A stretch of 64,000 bases of DNA from positions 832 through 64,831 of the forward strand of contig DAIMDW010000026.1 in the NCBI GenBank assembly GCA_036725605.1. Reading direction: 5' to 3'. The DNA comes from a bacterium. Its GTDB lineage: Bacteria; Lernaellota; Lernaellaia; Lernaellales; Lernaellaceae. Positions 47,796-58,651 of the stretch are shown here, piece after piece. The first letter of the stretch is position 1. The number at the start of each line of letters is the position of its first letter. The notes beneath the pieces are model-generated. The model was not told the origin of the DNA and made no database searches. It was given only the letters and a program-made list of their open reading frames with translations. A program made the translations under genes and the position numbers.

Positions 47796-49025
47796 ATGAA
47801 ACGTAACTTAATGATCCTCGCGCTCGTTGTGGCGATGCTGGCGATTTCGGCTCCGCTGTTCGCCGCCGACGAAGCGGTGAAGGTCGGCGTCGGCTCGTTG
47901 AAGATCGGCGGTATTTTCCAGGCCGGCTTCAATTACTACGTCGGCGACGAGACCCTGGACACGGCGAACTATCAGGCCGTGGACCGTCCGGAAGACATGG
48001 AATTCATCGTGAAACGCGCCCGGTTGCTGCTGATGGGCGACGTGATTGAAGACCGCATCACCTACATGGCTCAGATGGAATTCGCGCAGGACAGCTCGGC
48101 GTACATCGGCGACATCCTGCTCGACATGAAGATGGGCTTCCACTACATTCCTTACACCGGCATTTACGTCGGTCGCTTCCTGCCCAACTTCACGATCTTC
48201 GGACCCAAGAGCACCGCGAAGCTGATGCTCATTGACTATCCGTTGGTCAACGCGATCGCCCCGGCCGCCCGCCAGACCGGTATCGATTTTGGCGTGGTGA
48301 CTCCGTACTTGGATGCCGACCTGGGCGTGTTCAACGGCCGCGCGTTCTTCCCGCCGATCGTTGCTCCCAACGGCAATGCGCCGGTGGGCAACCAGACCTG
48401 GCAGGATGAGAACACCGCGAAAGACATCTATTTCAACCTGATCGGCAAGCCGCCGGTTGAAGGCCTGACCATCCACGCCGGTCTGTGGTATGGCATGCCG
48501 CTGGACAACTTCGAAAACGACGAAGGCGAACTGATCGCCCACAACGCGTCCGTGATGATGATCGACGCGGGCGTGCAGTACCTGGCTCCGTTCGGCCTGA
48601 CGTTCATCGGTGAGTTGATGTACGCCACCTACGATTGGGACAGCACCGATCCGGCCACCAACTTCGAAGACGATCGTGACGACGACAGCTACTCGGTGAC
48701 CTCGATGGCTTATTACGTCATGGCCGGCTACAACTTCGGCCCGATGTTCGAAGTGCCGGTTGAACTGTTGGTTCGCTATGACGCGCTGAATCCGGACACC
48801 GAAGACGACGAGACCACCCCGTATCACGCCGCCAGCGAGCAGGACGGCCTGACCAACATCACCGTCGGTGTGAACTACTACATCAAAAAGCACTATGCGA
48901 TGCTGAGCCTCAACTACATCAACCACGGCGAAGAGCTGGAAGATGTGTTGAACAAAGCCGGCGACGACACGCAGGACGGCTACAGCAACGACGAGATCAA
49001 ACTGCAGGCGCAGATCGCCTTCTAA
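47796..49025 (+). CDS. Outer membrane porin, phosphate-selective porin O/P-like.
   Basis: Signal peptide MKRNLMILALVVAMLAISAPLFA, alternating amphipathic beta-strands, C-terminal ...LQAQIAF ending in Phe. Confidence 0.7.
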   Translation: MKRNLMILALVVAMLAISAPLFAADEAVKVGVGSLKIGGIFQAGFNYYVGDETLDTANYQAVDRPEDMEFIVKRARLLLMGDVIEDRITYMAQMEFAQDSSAYIGDILLDMKMGFHYIPYTGIYVGRFLPNFTIFGPKSTAKLMLIDYPLVNAIAPAARQTGIDFGVVTPYLDADLGVFNGRAFFPPIVAPNGNAPVGNQTWQDENTAKDIYFNLIGKPPVEGLTIHAGLWYGMPLDNFENDEGELIAHNASVMMIDAGVQYLAPFGLTFIGELMYATYDWDSTDPATNFEDDRDDDSYSVTSMAYYVMAGYNFGPMFEVPVELLVRYDALNPDTEDDETTPYHAASEQDGLTNITVGVNYYIKKHYAMLSLNYINHGEELEDVLNKAGDDTQDGYSNDEIKLQAQIAF

Positions 49026-49046
49026 GATCTCTCGCGGATAAGAAAC

Positions 49047-49085
49047 AAAACCCCGTGGGGCTTAGGCTCCGCGGGGTTTTTCTTT
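49047..49085 (+). terminator. Rho-independent terminator after the porin gene.
   Basis: aaaaccccgtggggcttaggctccgcggggttttt is a GC stem followed by a U-run, 22 bp after the stop. Confidence 0.7.
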
Positions 49086-49104
49086 ATCTGCAACCAAAAA
49101 GGAT

Positions 49105-49640
49105 GACCTCATCAGAGGCAATTACGCCAAGTCTTCTGATTTCCGAATTGGAACACCCGGCGCCGACAAGCCCCGCAGGGGCGGAAGGTCAGTAGCGAAG
49201 GGCGAAGCCCTGGAAATGGCGGCTCGCCCAGATCAGGCAACCCCTGACAAGGGGTGTAGGATTTTTTGAAAATTCGTATCAACGAGATTACCAGCACCCC
49301 TTTCAGGGGTTTGTTTTAATTTGGTTCTTTTTATACCAGGGCTGAAGCCCTTCGCTATTGACCTGCGCCCTCCGGGCTTGAAGAACCTTCACATAGATCC
49401 ATTTTTCGTTGGTTGGAGCCCTTCGCTATTGACATGCGCCCCGCAGGCTGGACAATCCAGCGCAGAAATTACTTCGACCTTGTTCGACGTTGCCCGTTTT
49501 TTTCTCGGGACACCCAAAATCAAAATTGCCATCCAGAAAGTTCAGGTACTTTCCAAAGAGAAAACAGGCTGCGCGGAAGTCAGGAAAAGATAACCCCATC
49601 AGGGGCAATAACGCCAAGTCTGATGGGGGGCAAATGAATA
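49105..49640. repeat. Intergenic repeat cluster with nested inverted-repeat architecture.
   Basis: The forward unit at 49139–49215 is ttccgaattggaacaccc...ccccgcaggggcggaaggtcagtagcgaagggcgaagccctgg. Two inverted copies follow at 49338–49385 and 49407–49452 (ccagggctgaagcccttcgctattgacctgcgccc). There is also gcaattacgccaagtct at 49117 and gcaataacgccaagtct at 49605. Confidence 0.75.
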
Positions 49641-49809
49641 CTTAATGAACATCTTCCTTACCGCATACGATTGTCAATCGATTCAAAAAACCATCCTTTC
49701 GGCATGAACGGCGACGTGGGATAAATCGCGGGACTACTTGACACAATTTTTTCCAAGGGCTAGGAATAACCCCTTGAAATTCCGCTTGCTGGAGACAGGA
49801 GACATCGCG

Positions 49810-52419
49810 ATGACCGGCAATGAAATCCGCCAGGCGTTTCTCGATTACTTTGCGAAAAACGGGCACAAGGTGCTGCCCAGTTCGCCGCTGGTGCCGCAGA
49901 AGGATCCCACGCTGTTGTTCACCAACGCCGGGATGGTGCAGTTCAAGAGCGTCTTTTTGGGCGAGCAGGACATCGGCGCCCGCCGCGCCACCACCAGCCA
50001 GAAATGCCTGCGCGTATCGGGCAAGCACAACGACTTCGAGAACGTCGGGCGCACCGCGCGCCATCACACGTTCTTCGAAATGCTGGGCAACTTCAGCTTC
50101 GGCGACTACTTCAAGCGCGACGCCATCCGCTTCGGCTGGGAGTTGCTGACCGAAGTCTACAAGCTCGATACCGCCAAACTGTGGGTCACCGTGTTTCGCG
50201 ACGACGACGAAGCCGCCGACCTGTGGCGCTCGGAAGTGGGTGTGGCGGCCGACCGGATCGTCCGTCTCGGCGAAAAGGACAACTTCTGGTCGATGGGCGA
50301 CACCGGCCCCTGCGGCCCGTGCAGCGAAATCCTGTACGACCAGGGTCCGCAGTTCGAGGGGACGATCGACGACGGCGACCGCTACCTGGAATTGTGGAAC
50401 CTCGTGTTCATGCAGTTCAACCGCGACGCGGCCGGCGTGATGACCCCGCTGCCGCGGCCGTCGATCGACACCGGCGCCGGGCTCGAACGGCTCACGGCGG
50501 TCATGCAGGGCAAGGACACCAACTTCGATTCGGACCTGTTTGCGGCCATTCACCGCGAAACCGAACGCCTGTCGGGCCTGGTCTACGGCAAGGACCCGGA
50601 GACGACCGTGAGCATGCGGGTCGTCGCCGACCACATCCGCGCGATCACCTTCCTCATCGGCGACGGCGTGCTGCCTTCCAACGAGGGCCGCGGCTACGTC
50701 CTGCGGCGCATCATGCGGCGCGCGGCGCGTCACGGCGTGTTGATCGGCATGAAGGAGCCCTTCCTGTATCAGGTCAGCGGCGCGGTGATCGAAACGATGA
50801 AACACGCCTACCCCGAGCTGGTCGATCGCGCGGCGTACATCGCCAAGATCGTCAAGAACGAGGAAGCGCGTTTCCTGCGCACGCTGGAAAACGGCCTGAA
50901 GATGCTCAACGCCGAGCTGGCCCGCAGCGCCGGCACGCTCGACGGCGAAGTGGCCTTCAAGCTCTACGACACCTACGGCTTCCCGCTGGATCTGACCGAG
51001 GACATCTGCCGTGATCGCGACGTGACGGTCGATCAGGACGGCTTCAAAAAAGCGATGGAGCGACAGCGGTCGCAAAGCCGCGCCGCCTGGGACGGCTCGG
51101 GCGCCGAGGAACTGAGCGCCGGTCATCGCGAGCTGCTGACCAAGGGCCTGACCACCGAATTCGTCGGTTACGATCAGGGCAAGGTCGAAGCGGAGATCGT
51201 CGGCCTGCTCAAGGACGGCGCGCTGGTCGACAAGCTGACCGCCGGCGAAACCGGCGAATTGGTCGTCGACGTCACGCCCTTCTACGCCGAAATGGGCGGC
51301 CAGTTGGGCGACCGGGGCAAGGTACTGGCCGGCGACGCGCTGGTCGAGGTCACCGACGCCAAGTACATCGGCGACGTGCTGGTCGGTCATCAGGTGAAGG
51401 TCGCCAAGGGCGCGCTGGTCGTCGGCCAACGCGTGACCATGGCGGTCGATCCGATTCGCCGCCGGCGCATCGAGCGCAACCACACCGCCACGCACCTGCT
51501 GCACAAGGCGCTGCGCGAGGTGCTGGGCGCCGACGCCAAGCAGGCCGGTTCGCTGGTCGCGCCCGAGCGGCTGCGCTTCGACTTCACGCACTACGCGGCG
51601 GTCACGCCCGACGAACTGACCGCGATCGAAACGCGCGTCAACGAGCTGGTCATGGCCGACGAGCCGGTCGGCGCGAACCAGATGGCTTACGACGAGGCCA
51701 TCGCCGCCGGCGCGATCGCGTTGTTCGGCGAAAAATACGAAGCCGACGTGCGCATGATCGCCATCGGCGAGGACACCAGCAAAGAGCTGTGCGGCGGCAC
51801 GCACCTGACGCGCACCGGGCAGATCGGCCCGTTCGTCATCGTTTCGGAAGGCTCGGTCGCCGCCGGCGTGCGGCGCATCGAGGCGCTGACCGGCGACGGC
51901 GCGGTGGCGCATCTGCAGACCGAACGCGAGCGGCTGCTCTCGACCGCCGAGTTGCTCAAGACGGCGCCGGCCGACATCGTCGAGCGCGCCGAAAAACTGC
52001 TGGGCCAGCTCAAGCACGCGGAAAAGGAAATCGAGAAACTCAAAGACAAGCTGGCCGGGCAGGCGGGCGATTCGATCCTCGACCAGGTCGTCGAGATCGA
52101 CGGCGCCAAGGTGCTCGCGGCGCAGGTGACGCTGGAAAATCCGAAGGAACTGCGCTCGATGGCGGTCACCATGCGCGACAAGCTCGGTTCGGGCGTGGTC
52201 GTGCTGGGCACGGCGGCGGGCGGCAAGGCGATGCTGATCGTGCTGGTCAGCGACGACCTGACCAAGCGCTACCACGCGGGCAAGATCGTCGGTCCGGCGG
52301 CGCAGGCGGTCGGCGGGGGCGGCGGCGGCAAGCCCGACATGGCGCAGGCCGGCGGCTCCGATCCGAGCAAGCTCGATCAGGCGTTGGCGGCGGCCCTGGA
52401 GACGATCAAGCGGATGTAG
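49810..52419 (+). CDS. alaS: Alanine--tRNA ligase.
   Basis: MTGNEIRQAFLDYFAKNGHKVLPSSPLVP...FTNAGM...WSMGDTGPCGPCSEI are canonical class-II AlaRS motifs. The editing domain has HTATHLLH and the C-terminus is DHHA1-like. Confidence 0.95.
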   Translation: MTGNEIRQAFLDYFAKNGHKVLPSSPLVPQKDPTLLFTNAGMVQFKSVFLGEQDIGARRATTSQKCLRVSGKHNDFENVGRTARHHTFFEMLGNFSFGDYFKRDAIRFGWELLTEVYKLDTAKLWVTVFRDDDEAADLWRSEVGVAADRIVRLGEKDNFWSMGDTGPCGPCSEILYDQGPQFEGTIDDGDRYLELWNLVFMQFNRDAAGVMTPLPRPSIDTGAGLERLTAVMQGKDTNFDSDLFAAIHRETERLSGLVYGKDPETTVSMRVVADHIRAITFLIGDGVLPSNEGRGYVLRRIMRRAARHGVLIGMKEPFLYQVSGAVIETMKHAYPELVDRAAYIAKIVKNEEARFLRTLENGLKMLNAELARSAGTLDGEVAFKLYDTYGFPLDLTEDICRDRDVTVDQDGFKKAMERQRSQSRAAWDGSGAEELSAGHRELLTKGLTTEFVGYDQGKVEAEIVGLLKDGALVDKLTAGETGELVVDVTPFYAEMGGQLGDRGKVLAGDALVEVTDAKYIGDVLVGHQVKVAKGALVVGQRVTMAVDPIRRRRIERNHTATHLLHKALREVLGADAKQAGSLVAPERLRFDFTHYAAVTPDELTAIETRVNELVMADEPVGANQMAYDEAIAAGAIALFGEKYEADVRMIAIGEDTSKELCGGTHLTRTGQIGPFVIVSEGSVAAGVRRIEALTGDGAVAHLQTERERLLSTAELLKTAPADIVERAEKLLGQLKHAEKEIEKLKDKLAGQAGDSILDQVVEIDGAKVLAAQVTLENPKELRSMAVTMRDKLGSGVVVLGTAAGGKAMLIVLVSDDLTKRYHAGKIVGPAAQAVGGGGGGKPDMAQAGGSDPSKLDQALAAALETIKRM

Positions 52420-53314
52420 AGTCGCTGTCGCCGGCGCTCTGGTGAATGGCCTCGGCCAGGCGCTCCTCGTCGGCGCGCAACTCGTCGAGCTTGGCGGATA
52501 GCACTTCGCGCGGCAGCAGAATGCCCTTTTCGTCCAACCACGCGACGTCCTCGGAGGCGTAGAACGAATCGATCGTCACCGGCGGTTCTTCCTTCATCGA
52601 TCCGTAACCGAGCATGAAGGCCAGTTGGTTGGCGTAGTACAGCGCCGTCGCCAGCTTGCTGTCGGCGTTCCACGGCGTGTGGTGCTCGCGCACGGCGGTC
52701 ACCTGATCGGCCGGCAGCTTCCAACGTTCCAACAGCAACCCACCGACGTCGGCGTGGGTCATCGAGAGCAGATCGCGCTCGGCCACGCAGGCGCTGACGT
52801 TGCGCTCGCGGATCGCGTCGACGATCATGAAAAATTCGCGCATGAAATACTGGTCGAGCACCACCTTGCCGATGTCGTGCAGCAAGCCGCACGTAAAATA
52901 ACTCGCCTGCGACCGCGGCTCGGGGAACTGCTTGTACAAGTCGCGCGTGATGTAGCCGACCAGGTAGGAGTGCGACCAGAACATCTGGCGGTCGAAGGTG
53001 CCGCGTCGCCCGGCCACTTCCAGCGTCGAAAACACGCTCGCCGACAGCGCGATGTTGCGCACTTCCTGAAAGCCCAGCAAGACCACCGCCTGGCGGATCG
53101 ATTCGATGCGCTTGGACACGCCGTACACCGGGCTGTTGGCCACCTTGAGCAGGTTGGCCGTCAGCGACTGGTCGGCGCTCATCTCGTCGATGACATCCTG
53201 CGCGCTGGCGTCGTTGCCCGAGGTCATTTCGATGATTTTCTGCAACACCGTCGGCAGGGTCGGAAGATTGTCGATCCGTTTCAGCTTATTTTTAAACGAT
53301 TCGGCGAGATTCAA
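52406..53314 (-). CDS. HDOD-domain (HD-related output domain) signalling protein.
   Basis: LPTLPTVLQKIIEMTSGNDASAQDVIDEMSADQSLTANLLKVANSPVYG...GLLHDIGKVVL matches HDOD. It converges on alaS with a 14-bp overlap. Confidence 0.8.
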   Translation of the reverse strand: MNLAESFKNKLKRIDNLPTLPTVLQKIIEMTSGNDASAQDVIDEMSADQSLTANLLKVANSPVYGVSKRIESIRQAVVLLGFQEVRNIALSASVFSTLEVAGRRGTFDRQMFWSHSYLVGYITRDLYKQFPEPRSQASYFTCGLLHDIGKVVLDQYFMREFFMIVDAIRERNVSACVAERDLLSMTHADVGGLLLERWKLPADQVTAVREHHTPWNADSKLATALYYANQLAFMLGYGSMKEEPPVTIDSFYASEDVAWLDEKGILLPREVLSAKLDELRADEERLAEAIHQSAGDSDSTSA

Positions 53315-53457
53315 CAGGTGCCCCCTTCCTCGCTAATAGCAATCGTCGTGCGTTCCCGTCAACAGAGGCTCGACGTCATCGGGAAGTACAGGATATACTC
53401 TCAGCGAATTTTGCCAATCCTTTTCTGTAAATTTTTTCGTCAAAGGCGGCTTGATCG

Positions 53458-55626
53458 ATGAGCGAAAAATTGACCGGTCAGATACGCCGCATCGTTTTCC
53501 GCAACGAGAACAACGGCTACGTGATCGCTTCGCTCAAACCGGAAAAGAGCGGTCAACCGGTGACGATCGTGGGCCGCCTGCCCGGCGTGGCCGTCGGCGA
53601 AACGATCGAGTGCGCCGGCCGCTGGGAAACCGACTTTCGCCACGGCCGTCAGTTCCGCGTCGACACGTTCACCGCCCGCCCGCCGACCGACGCCGACACC
53701 ATCCGCCGCTACCTGGGTTCGGGATTGATCAAGGGCATCGGCCCCAAGCTCGCCGGCGAACTGGTCGACCGCTTCGGCGTCAAGACGCTCGAGGTGATCG
53801 AGCGTCAGCCCAAGCGCCTGCGCGAAGTGCCGGGCATCGGCCAGGCGCGCGCCCAGCAGATCACCGACGCCTGGCGTGAAAGCCGGGACATCCGCGAGAT
53901 CGGCCTGCTGCTGGAAAAGGCCGGCGCGCCGCGCCACCTCGTACTGCGCGTGCGCCAGCGCTTCGGCGAACAGGCCGCCGACGTCGTGCGGCACGATCCG
54001 TACCGGCTGGTCGCCGAGGTGCGCGGCATCGGCTTTCTCACCGCCGACCGCATCGCCCGCGGACTGGGCGTCGCCGAGGACGATCCGGCGCGGCTGCGCG
54101 CGGGGTTGCTGCACACGTTGAACCTGGCCGCCGAGGACGGGCACACGGCGTTGGCGCTGGATACGCTGATCGCCGAAGCCGCGCGGTTGCTGCAAGCGCC
54201 GCCGGAAAAGCTGGACCCCGAGGTCGAACGGCTCATCGCCGCCGGGCACGCGCGCCGCGAGATGCTTGACGGGCAGATCGTGTTGTCGCCGACCGGCCTG
54301 GCGCTGGCCGAACGGCGGCTGGCCGCGGCGATCGTCGGCATTCAACGCGCCGCCGATCGCTTCCGATCGATCAACCGCGACAAGGCCGTCGCCTGGGTGC
54401 AAAAGCGCTTGAACATCGAACTGACCGAGCGTCAGCGCGAGGCCGCCGTCGACTCCATCGAGCAACCGCTGCTGGTCGTCACCGGCGGGCCGGGCACCGG
54501 CAAGACGACCATCGTGCGCTCCATCTGCGAAATGGTCGAGGCGATGAAGCGCACCGTCGCGCTGTGCGCGCCCACCGGCCGCGCCGCCAAGCGTCTGGCC
54601 GAAACCACCGGCCGCGAGGCCAAGACGGTGCACCGGTTGCTGGAGATCAACCCGGCGAAACACGAGTTCACCTACAACGCCGACAACCCGCTGGCGCATG
54701 ATCTGGTCGTCTGCGACGAGGCCAGCATGCTCGACGCCCCGCTGGCCGCGCACCTGGCCGAGGCTATCCCGCCCGGCGCGCACCTGGTGCTGGTCGGCGA
54801 CGTCGACCAGTTGCCCAGCATCGGCCCGGGCAACGTGCTGGCCGATCTGATCAACTCGGAGCGCGTGCACGTCGTGCGGCTGGACAAGATCTTCCGCCAG
54901 GCCGCGCAAAGCCGTATCGTGCTCAGCGCGCACGATATCCGCCAGGGTCGTCTACCCGAACTGGCTCCGACCAAGGACGGCGATTTCTTTTTCATCGAGC
55001 AGGACGATCCGGTCGCGTTGCGCGAGCTGGTGGTCGATCTGGCCGCGCGGCGGCTGCCGCAAACCTACAACCTCGATCCGCTCGGCGAGATCATGGTGCT
55101 CGCGCCGATGCACAAGGGCGAGGCCGGCGTGGCCGCGCTCAACGAGGCTCTGCGCGCGCGGTTGAATCCGGCGGGCGCGGAGTTGATTTTCGGCGAGCGC
55201 TCGTATCGCCTGGGCGACAAGGTGATGCAGACGGCCAACGATTACGACCGCGAAATCTACAACGGCGACATCGGGCGCGTCGCGCGCGTCGACGAGGCGC
55301 ACAAGGAGATCGTCGTGGATTTCGACGGCCGGATGGTGGGCGCGCGCGAGGGCGAACTGGCCGACCTGGTACACGCCTACGCGGTGTCCATTCACAAGTC
55401 GCAGGGCAGCGAATACCCGTGCGTGATCGTGCCGCTGCACACGCAGCACTTCATTTTGCTGGCGCGCAACCTGCTGTATACGGCGGTTACCCGCGGCAAA
55501 AAGCTGGTCGTGGTGTGCGGTTCGCGCCGGGCGCTGGCGCGGGCGGTGGAGAACGACGCCGCGCGGCATCGCACGACCTTGCTGATCAATTACCTCGAAT
55601 CGGCCAAACCCGGCCGCTTGTTGTAA
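53458..55626 (+). CDS. recD2: RecD2-type ATP-dependent DNA helicase (SF1B).
   Basis: N-terminal OB/HhH region, Walker A VVTGGPGTGKTT, and VLVGDVDQLPSIGPGNVL. The C-terminal SH3-like and helicase motifs (VSIHKSQGSEYP; LLYTAVTRGKK) are present. Confidence 0.9.
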   Translation: MSEKLTGQIRRIVFRNENNGYVIASLKPEKSGQPVTIVGRLPGVAVGETIECAGRWETDFRHGRQFRVDTFTARPPTDADTIRRYLGSGLIKGIGPKLAGELVDRFGVKTLEVIERQPKRLREVPGIGQARAQQITDAWRESRDIREIGLLLEKAGAPRHLVLRVRQRFGEQAADVVRHDPYRLVAEVRGIGFLTADRIARGLGVAEDDPARLRAGLLHTLNLAAEDGHTALALDTLIAEAARLLQAPPEKLDPEVERLIAAGHARREMLDGQIVLSPTGLALAERRLAAAIVGIQRAADRFRSINRDKAVAWVQKRLNIELTERQREAAVDSIEQPLLVVTGGPGTGKTTIVRSICEMVEAMKRTVALCAPTGRAAKRLAETTGREAKTVHRLLEINPAKHEFTYNADNPLAHDLVVCDEASMLDAPLAAHLAEAIPPGAHLVLVGDVDQLPSIGPGNVLADLINSERVHVVRLDKIFRQAAQSRIVLSAHDIRQGRLPELAPTKDGDFFFIEQDDPVALRELVVDLAARRLPQTYNLDPLGEIMVLAPMHKGEAGVAALNEALRARLNPAGAELIFGERSYRLGDKVMQTANDYDREIYNGDIGRVARVDEAHKEIVVDFDGRMVGAREGELADLVHAYAVSIHKSQGSEYPCVIVPLHTQHFILLARNLLYTAVTRGKKLVVVCGSRRALARAVENDAARHRTTLLINYLESAKPGRLL

Positions 55627-55649
55627 AGATTTTCGACGCCAATTTCGGT

Positions 55650-56262
55650 TAAAATCATTTCTTTCCTGACTTCCGCACGCCCTGTTTTTTATTTTGTAGG
55701 TGCTCGAAATCACAAGACGGCGAGTTCGGTTTAGGGTGTCCTGAGAAGAAAATCGGGCGAAGACGAACAATGTTGAAATGATTTTCTGCACAGGATCCTC
55801 AAGCCCGCAGGGCGTAGGTCCGTAGCGAAGGGCTTTTAGCCCTGGAATCAGAAGAGGCAAATTCAAGCAAACCCCGCAGGGGTGCCGGTGATGCCAAACC
55901 ATCTGTCCCTGCAATAACACCTCGGTGGCACTGATACGCCGAACGAAGTGAGGGGTATCAGTGTTTTATTTTAACACTGACAAACTCGCTCACGATGTTC
56001 ACTCGTGTATCAGTGCCACCGCTTATGAAAGATTCCTTCACCCCTTGTCAGGGGTTGGACGGTCTGGGTGGGCCGTGGTTTCCAGGGCTTCGCCCTTCGC
56101 TACTGACCTTCCGCCCCTCCGGGGCGTATCGGCTCCAGGTGTCCCAATTCGGAAGTCAGGCGCACGACCTTGCTGATCAATTACCTCGAATCGGCCAAAC
56201 CCGGCCGCTTGTTGTAGAAATTTTCGACAGCTTTTTCGCTTAAAAATCATTTATTTAGCAAA
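55650..56262. repeat. Composite repeat insert flanked by an about-100-bp direct duplication of the recD2 3' end.
   Basis: 55566–55665 and 56157–56262 are near-identical (cgcacgaccttgctgatcaattacctcgaatcggccaaacccggccgcttgttgta...attttcgac...ttaaaa.tcattt). The insert has a forward family unit at 55800–55850 and an inverted unit at 56082–56150. The outer ends are cctgacttccg and cggaagtcagg. Confidence 0.75.
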
Positions 56263-56349
56263 AACCTTTTAAAAATCTTGACAATCCGTCCCCGGTTTTA
56301 TAGAAGGAAATGTCTACATATAGTGGTCGTTATTTCCTTGAGTATCAAC

Positions 56350-57030
56350 ATGTGGAACAAAGTTACAATAATTATAGCCATTAGCTGTATCGCGATACTC
56401 GGCACGAGTGTTTCGGCGTTTGCTCTGGGCGTGGGCGGTCTTTCCTATAATATCGGGCCGTCGTTTTCGTTGAGCGCCGGCGTGAGCTTCACCCAACGCG
56501 ACGTGTACACGATCGAAAACGACGACCTCGACGATGAAATGATTTCCAGTCGTTTTCTGGTCAAGGGCGACGTCGCGCCGATCCGCTACCTGGATATCTA
56601 CGGCTTCATCGGCATGGGCGATCTGCAGCAGGACGACGGCGAGTTCGAAGGCACCCTGGGCACGATGTATGGTGCGGGCATCAAGCCGCAATTGTTCCCC
56701 CTGACCTGGTCGAGCCCGTTGAACATCACGCTGGACGCCCAATACGCCGAGTTGCTCACGCGCGACGACGACATCGACGCCAAAATGCAGGAAGTGCAGG
56801 TGGCCCTGGTCTTCGCCTACGTCATGCGCAGCCTGACCCCCTACGGCGGCGTGAAGTACGATCACCTGCTGGTCCACTTCGACGGCGCGGACAACGACAT
56901 GGTTACCGACATGGACTGGGGCGCGTTCATCGGCTGCGACTATTACGTGACACCCAATGTGTTTTTCAACCTGGAGCTGTCGATCTTCGCCGAAACCGCC
57001 TTCTTCATTTCCACCGGGTACAAATACTAG
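56350..57030 (+). CDS. Outer-membrane beta-barrel protein, OmpW/OmpA-like, small.
   Basis: Signal peptide [25 protein letters not shown]. Alternating beta-strand pattern and an aromatic-rich C-terminus (FISTGYKY). Confidence 0.5.
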   Translation: MWNKVTIIIAISCIAILGTSVSAFALGVGGLSYNIGPSFSLSAGVSFTQRDVYTIENDDLDDEMISSRFLVKGDVAPIRYLDIYGFIGMGDLQQDDGEFEGTLGTMYGAGIKPQLFPLTWSSPLNITLDAQYAELLTRDDDIDAKMQEVQVALVFAYVMRSLTPYGGVKYDHLLVHFDGADNDMVTDMDWGAFIGCDYYVTPNVFFNLELSIFAETAFFISTGYKY

Positions 57031-57040
57031 GAGCGAAAGA

Positions 57041-57688
<648 letters not shown>

Positions 57689-57717
57689 CGGGTACGCCTG
57701 ACCATCATCCTTTTTGC

Positions 57718-57765
57718 GGGCCGTGATCCTTCCCCCCCAAAACCCCATCACGGCCCCTTTTTTTA
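57718..57765 (+). terminator. Rho-independent terminator after tal.
   Basis: gggccgtgat, a 19-nt loop, then atcacggccc, followed by cttttttt. Confidence 0.7.
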
Positions 57766-57864
57766 CCCTTTTTCCGACTTTTCCCCGGCGCTGGATTTTA
57801 CCGCCGGCCGGCCTTATAATAAGGATCATCGAAAAATAACCGCCAAAACAATGGGAGACCGTGG

Positions 57865-58221
57865 ATGTCCGATGCCGAGCGGGAAGACCGCCGACCCTGG
57901 GGCGGCTATTGCGTGCTGGCCGATGAAACCGACCACAAGGTCAAGCGGATTACCGTGCTGCCCGGCGCGCGTTTGAGCTTGCAATACCACCGGCGCCGCC
58001 TCGAGCATTGGTACATCGTGCGCGGTACGGGGGTGGTCACGCGCGGCGAAGAGCAAATTTCCGTCGGGCCCGGCGACGCGGTGGACATTCCCACCGGCGC
58101 GGCGCACCGCATCCACAACACCGGCGCCGAACCGCTGGTCTTCATCGAAGTGCAGCGCGGCGACTATTTCGGCGAGGACGATATCGTCCGGCTCGAAGAC
58201 GACTACGGGCGCGACCGCTAG
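57865..58221 (+). CDS. Cupin-domain protein, mannose-6-phosphate isomerase-like cupin_2.
   Basis: PWGGYCVLADETDHKVKRITVLPGARLSLQYHRRRLEHWYIVRGTG...GAAHRIHNTG contains the two cupin His motifs. Confidence 0.7.
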   Translation: MSDAEREDRRPWGGYCVLADETDHKVKRITVLPGARLSLQYHRRRLEHWYIVRGTGVVTRGEEQISVGPGDAVDIPTGAAHRIHNTGAEPLVFIEVQRGDYFGEDDIVRLEDDYGRDR

Positions 58222-58261
58222 CCCTTGACACAAGCCTTATATTGCCGATGGAGGAACCGTC

Positions 58262-58609
58262 ATGAAAGCTGCGCTTTTTGCATTCAACGGAGAACCGATG
58301 TGCTTCGTACACGTGCTGCTCAACGCCTTCGACCTGCGCGACAAGGGTTGGGAAGCCACGATCGTCATCGAAGGTTCGGCGACCAAACTGGTCAGGGAAT
58401 TCCACGAGAATCCGGACGCGCCCTTCGCCCCGCTGTATCGCAAGGCGAAGGAGGCAAACCTGATCGGCGCGGTCTGCCAGGCCTGCGCGACCAAGATGGG
58501 TTCGCTGGACAGCGCCAAACAGCAGGGCCTGCCGCTGGGCAACGACATGGCGGGCCACCCGAGCATGAGCGCGTACCTTGACGACGGCTGGCAAGTGTTT
58601 ACTTTTTAG
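58262..58609 (+). CDS. DsrE/DsrF-like family small protein.
   Basis: MKAALFAFNGEPMCFVHVLLNAF...ATIVIEGSATKLV...CQACATK. The size and Cys pattern fit DsrE/YchN-like proteins. Confidence 0.45.
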   Translation: MKAALFAFNGEPMCFVHVLLNAFDLRDKGWEATIVIEGSATKLVREFHENPDAPFAPLYRKAKEANLIGAVCQACATKMGSLDSAKQQGLPLGNDMAGHPSMSAYLDDGWQVFTF

Positions 58610-58651
58610 CTAATAAGCAACATCGCCGACGGCGCAAACAGGAGACGCCCC

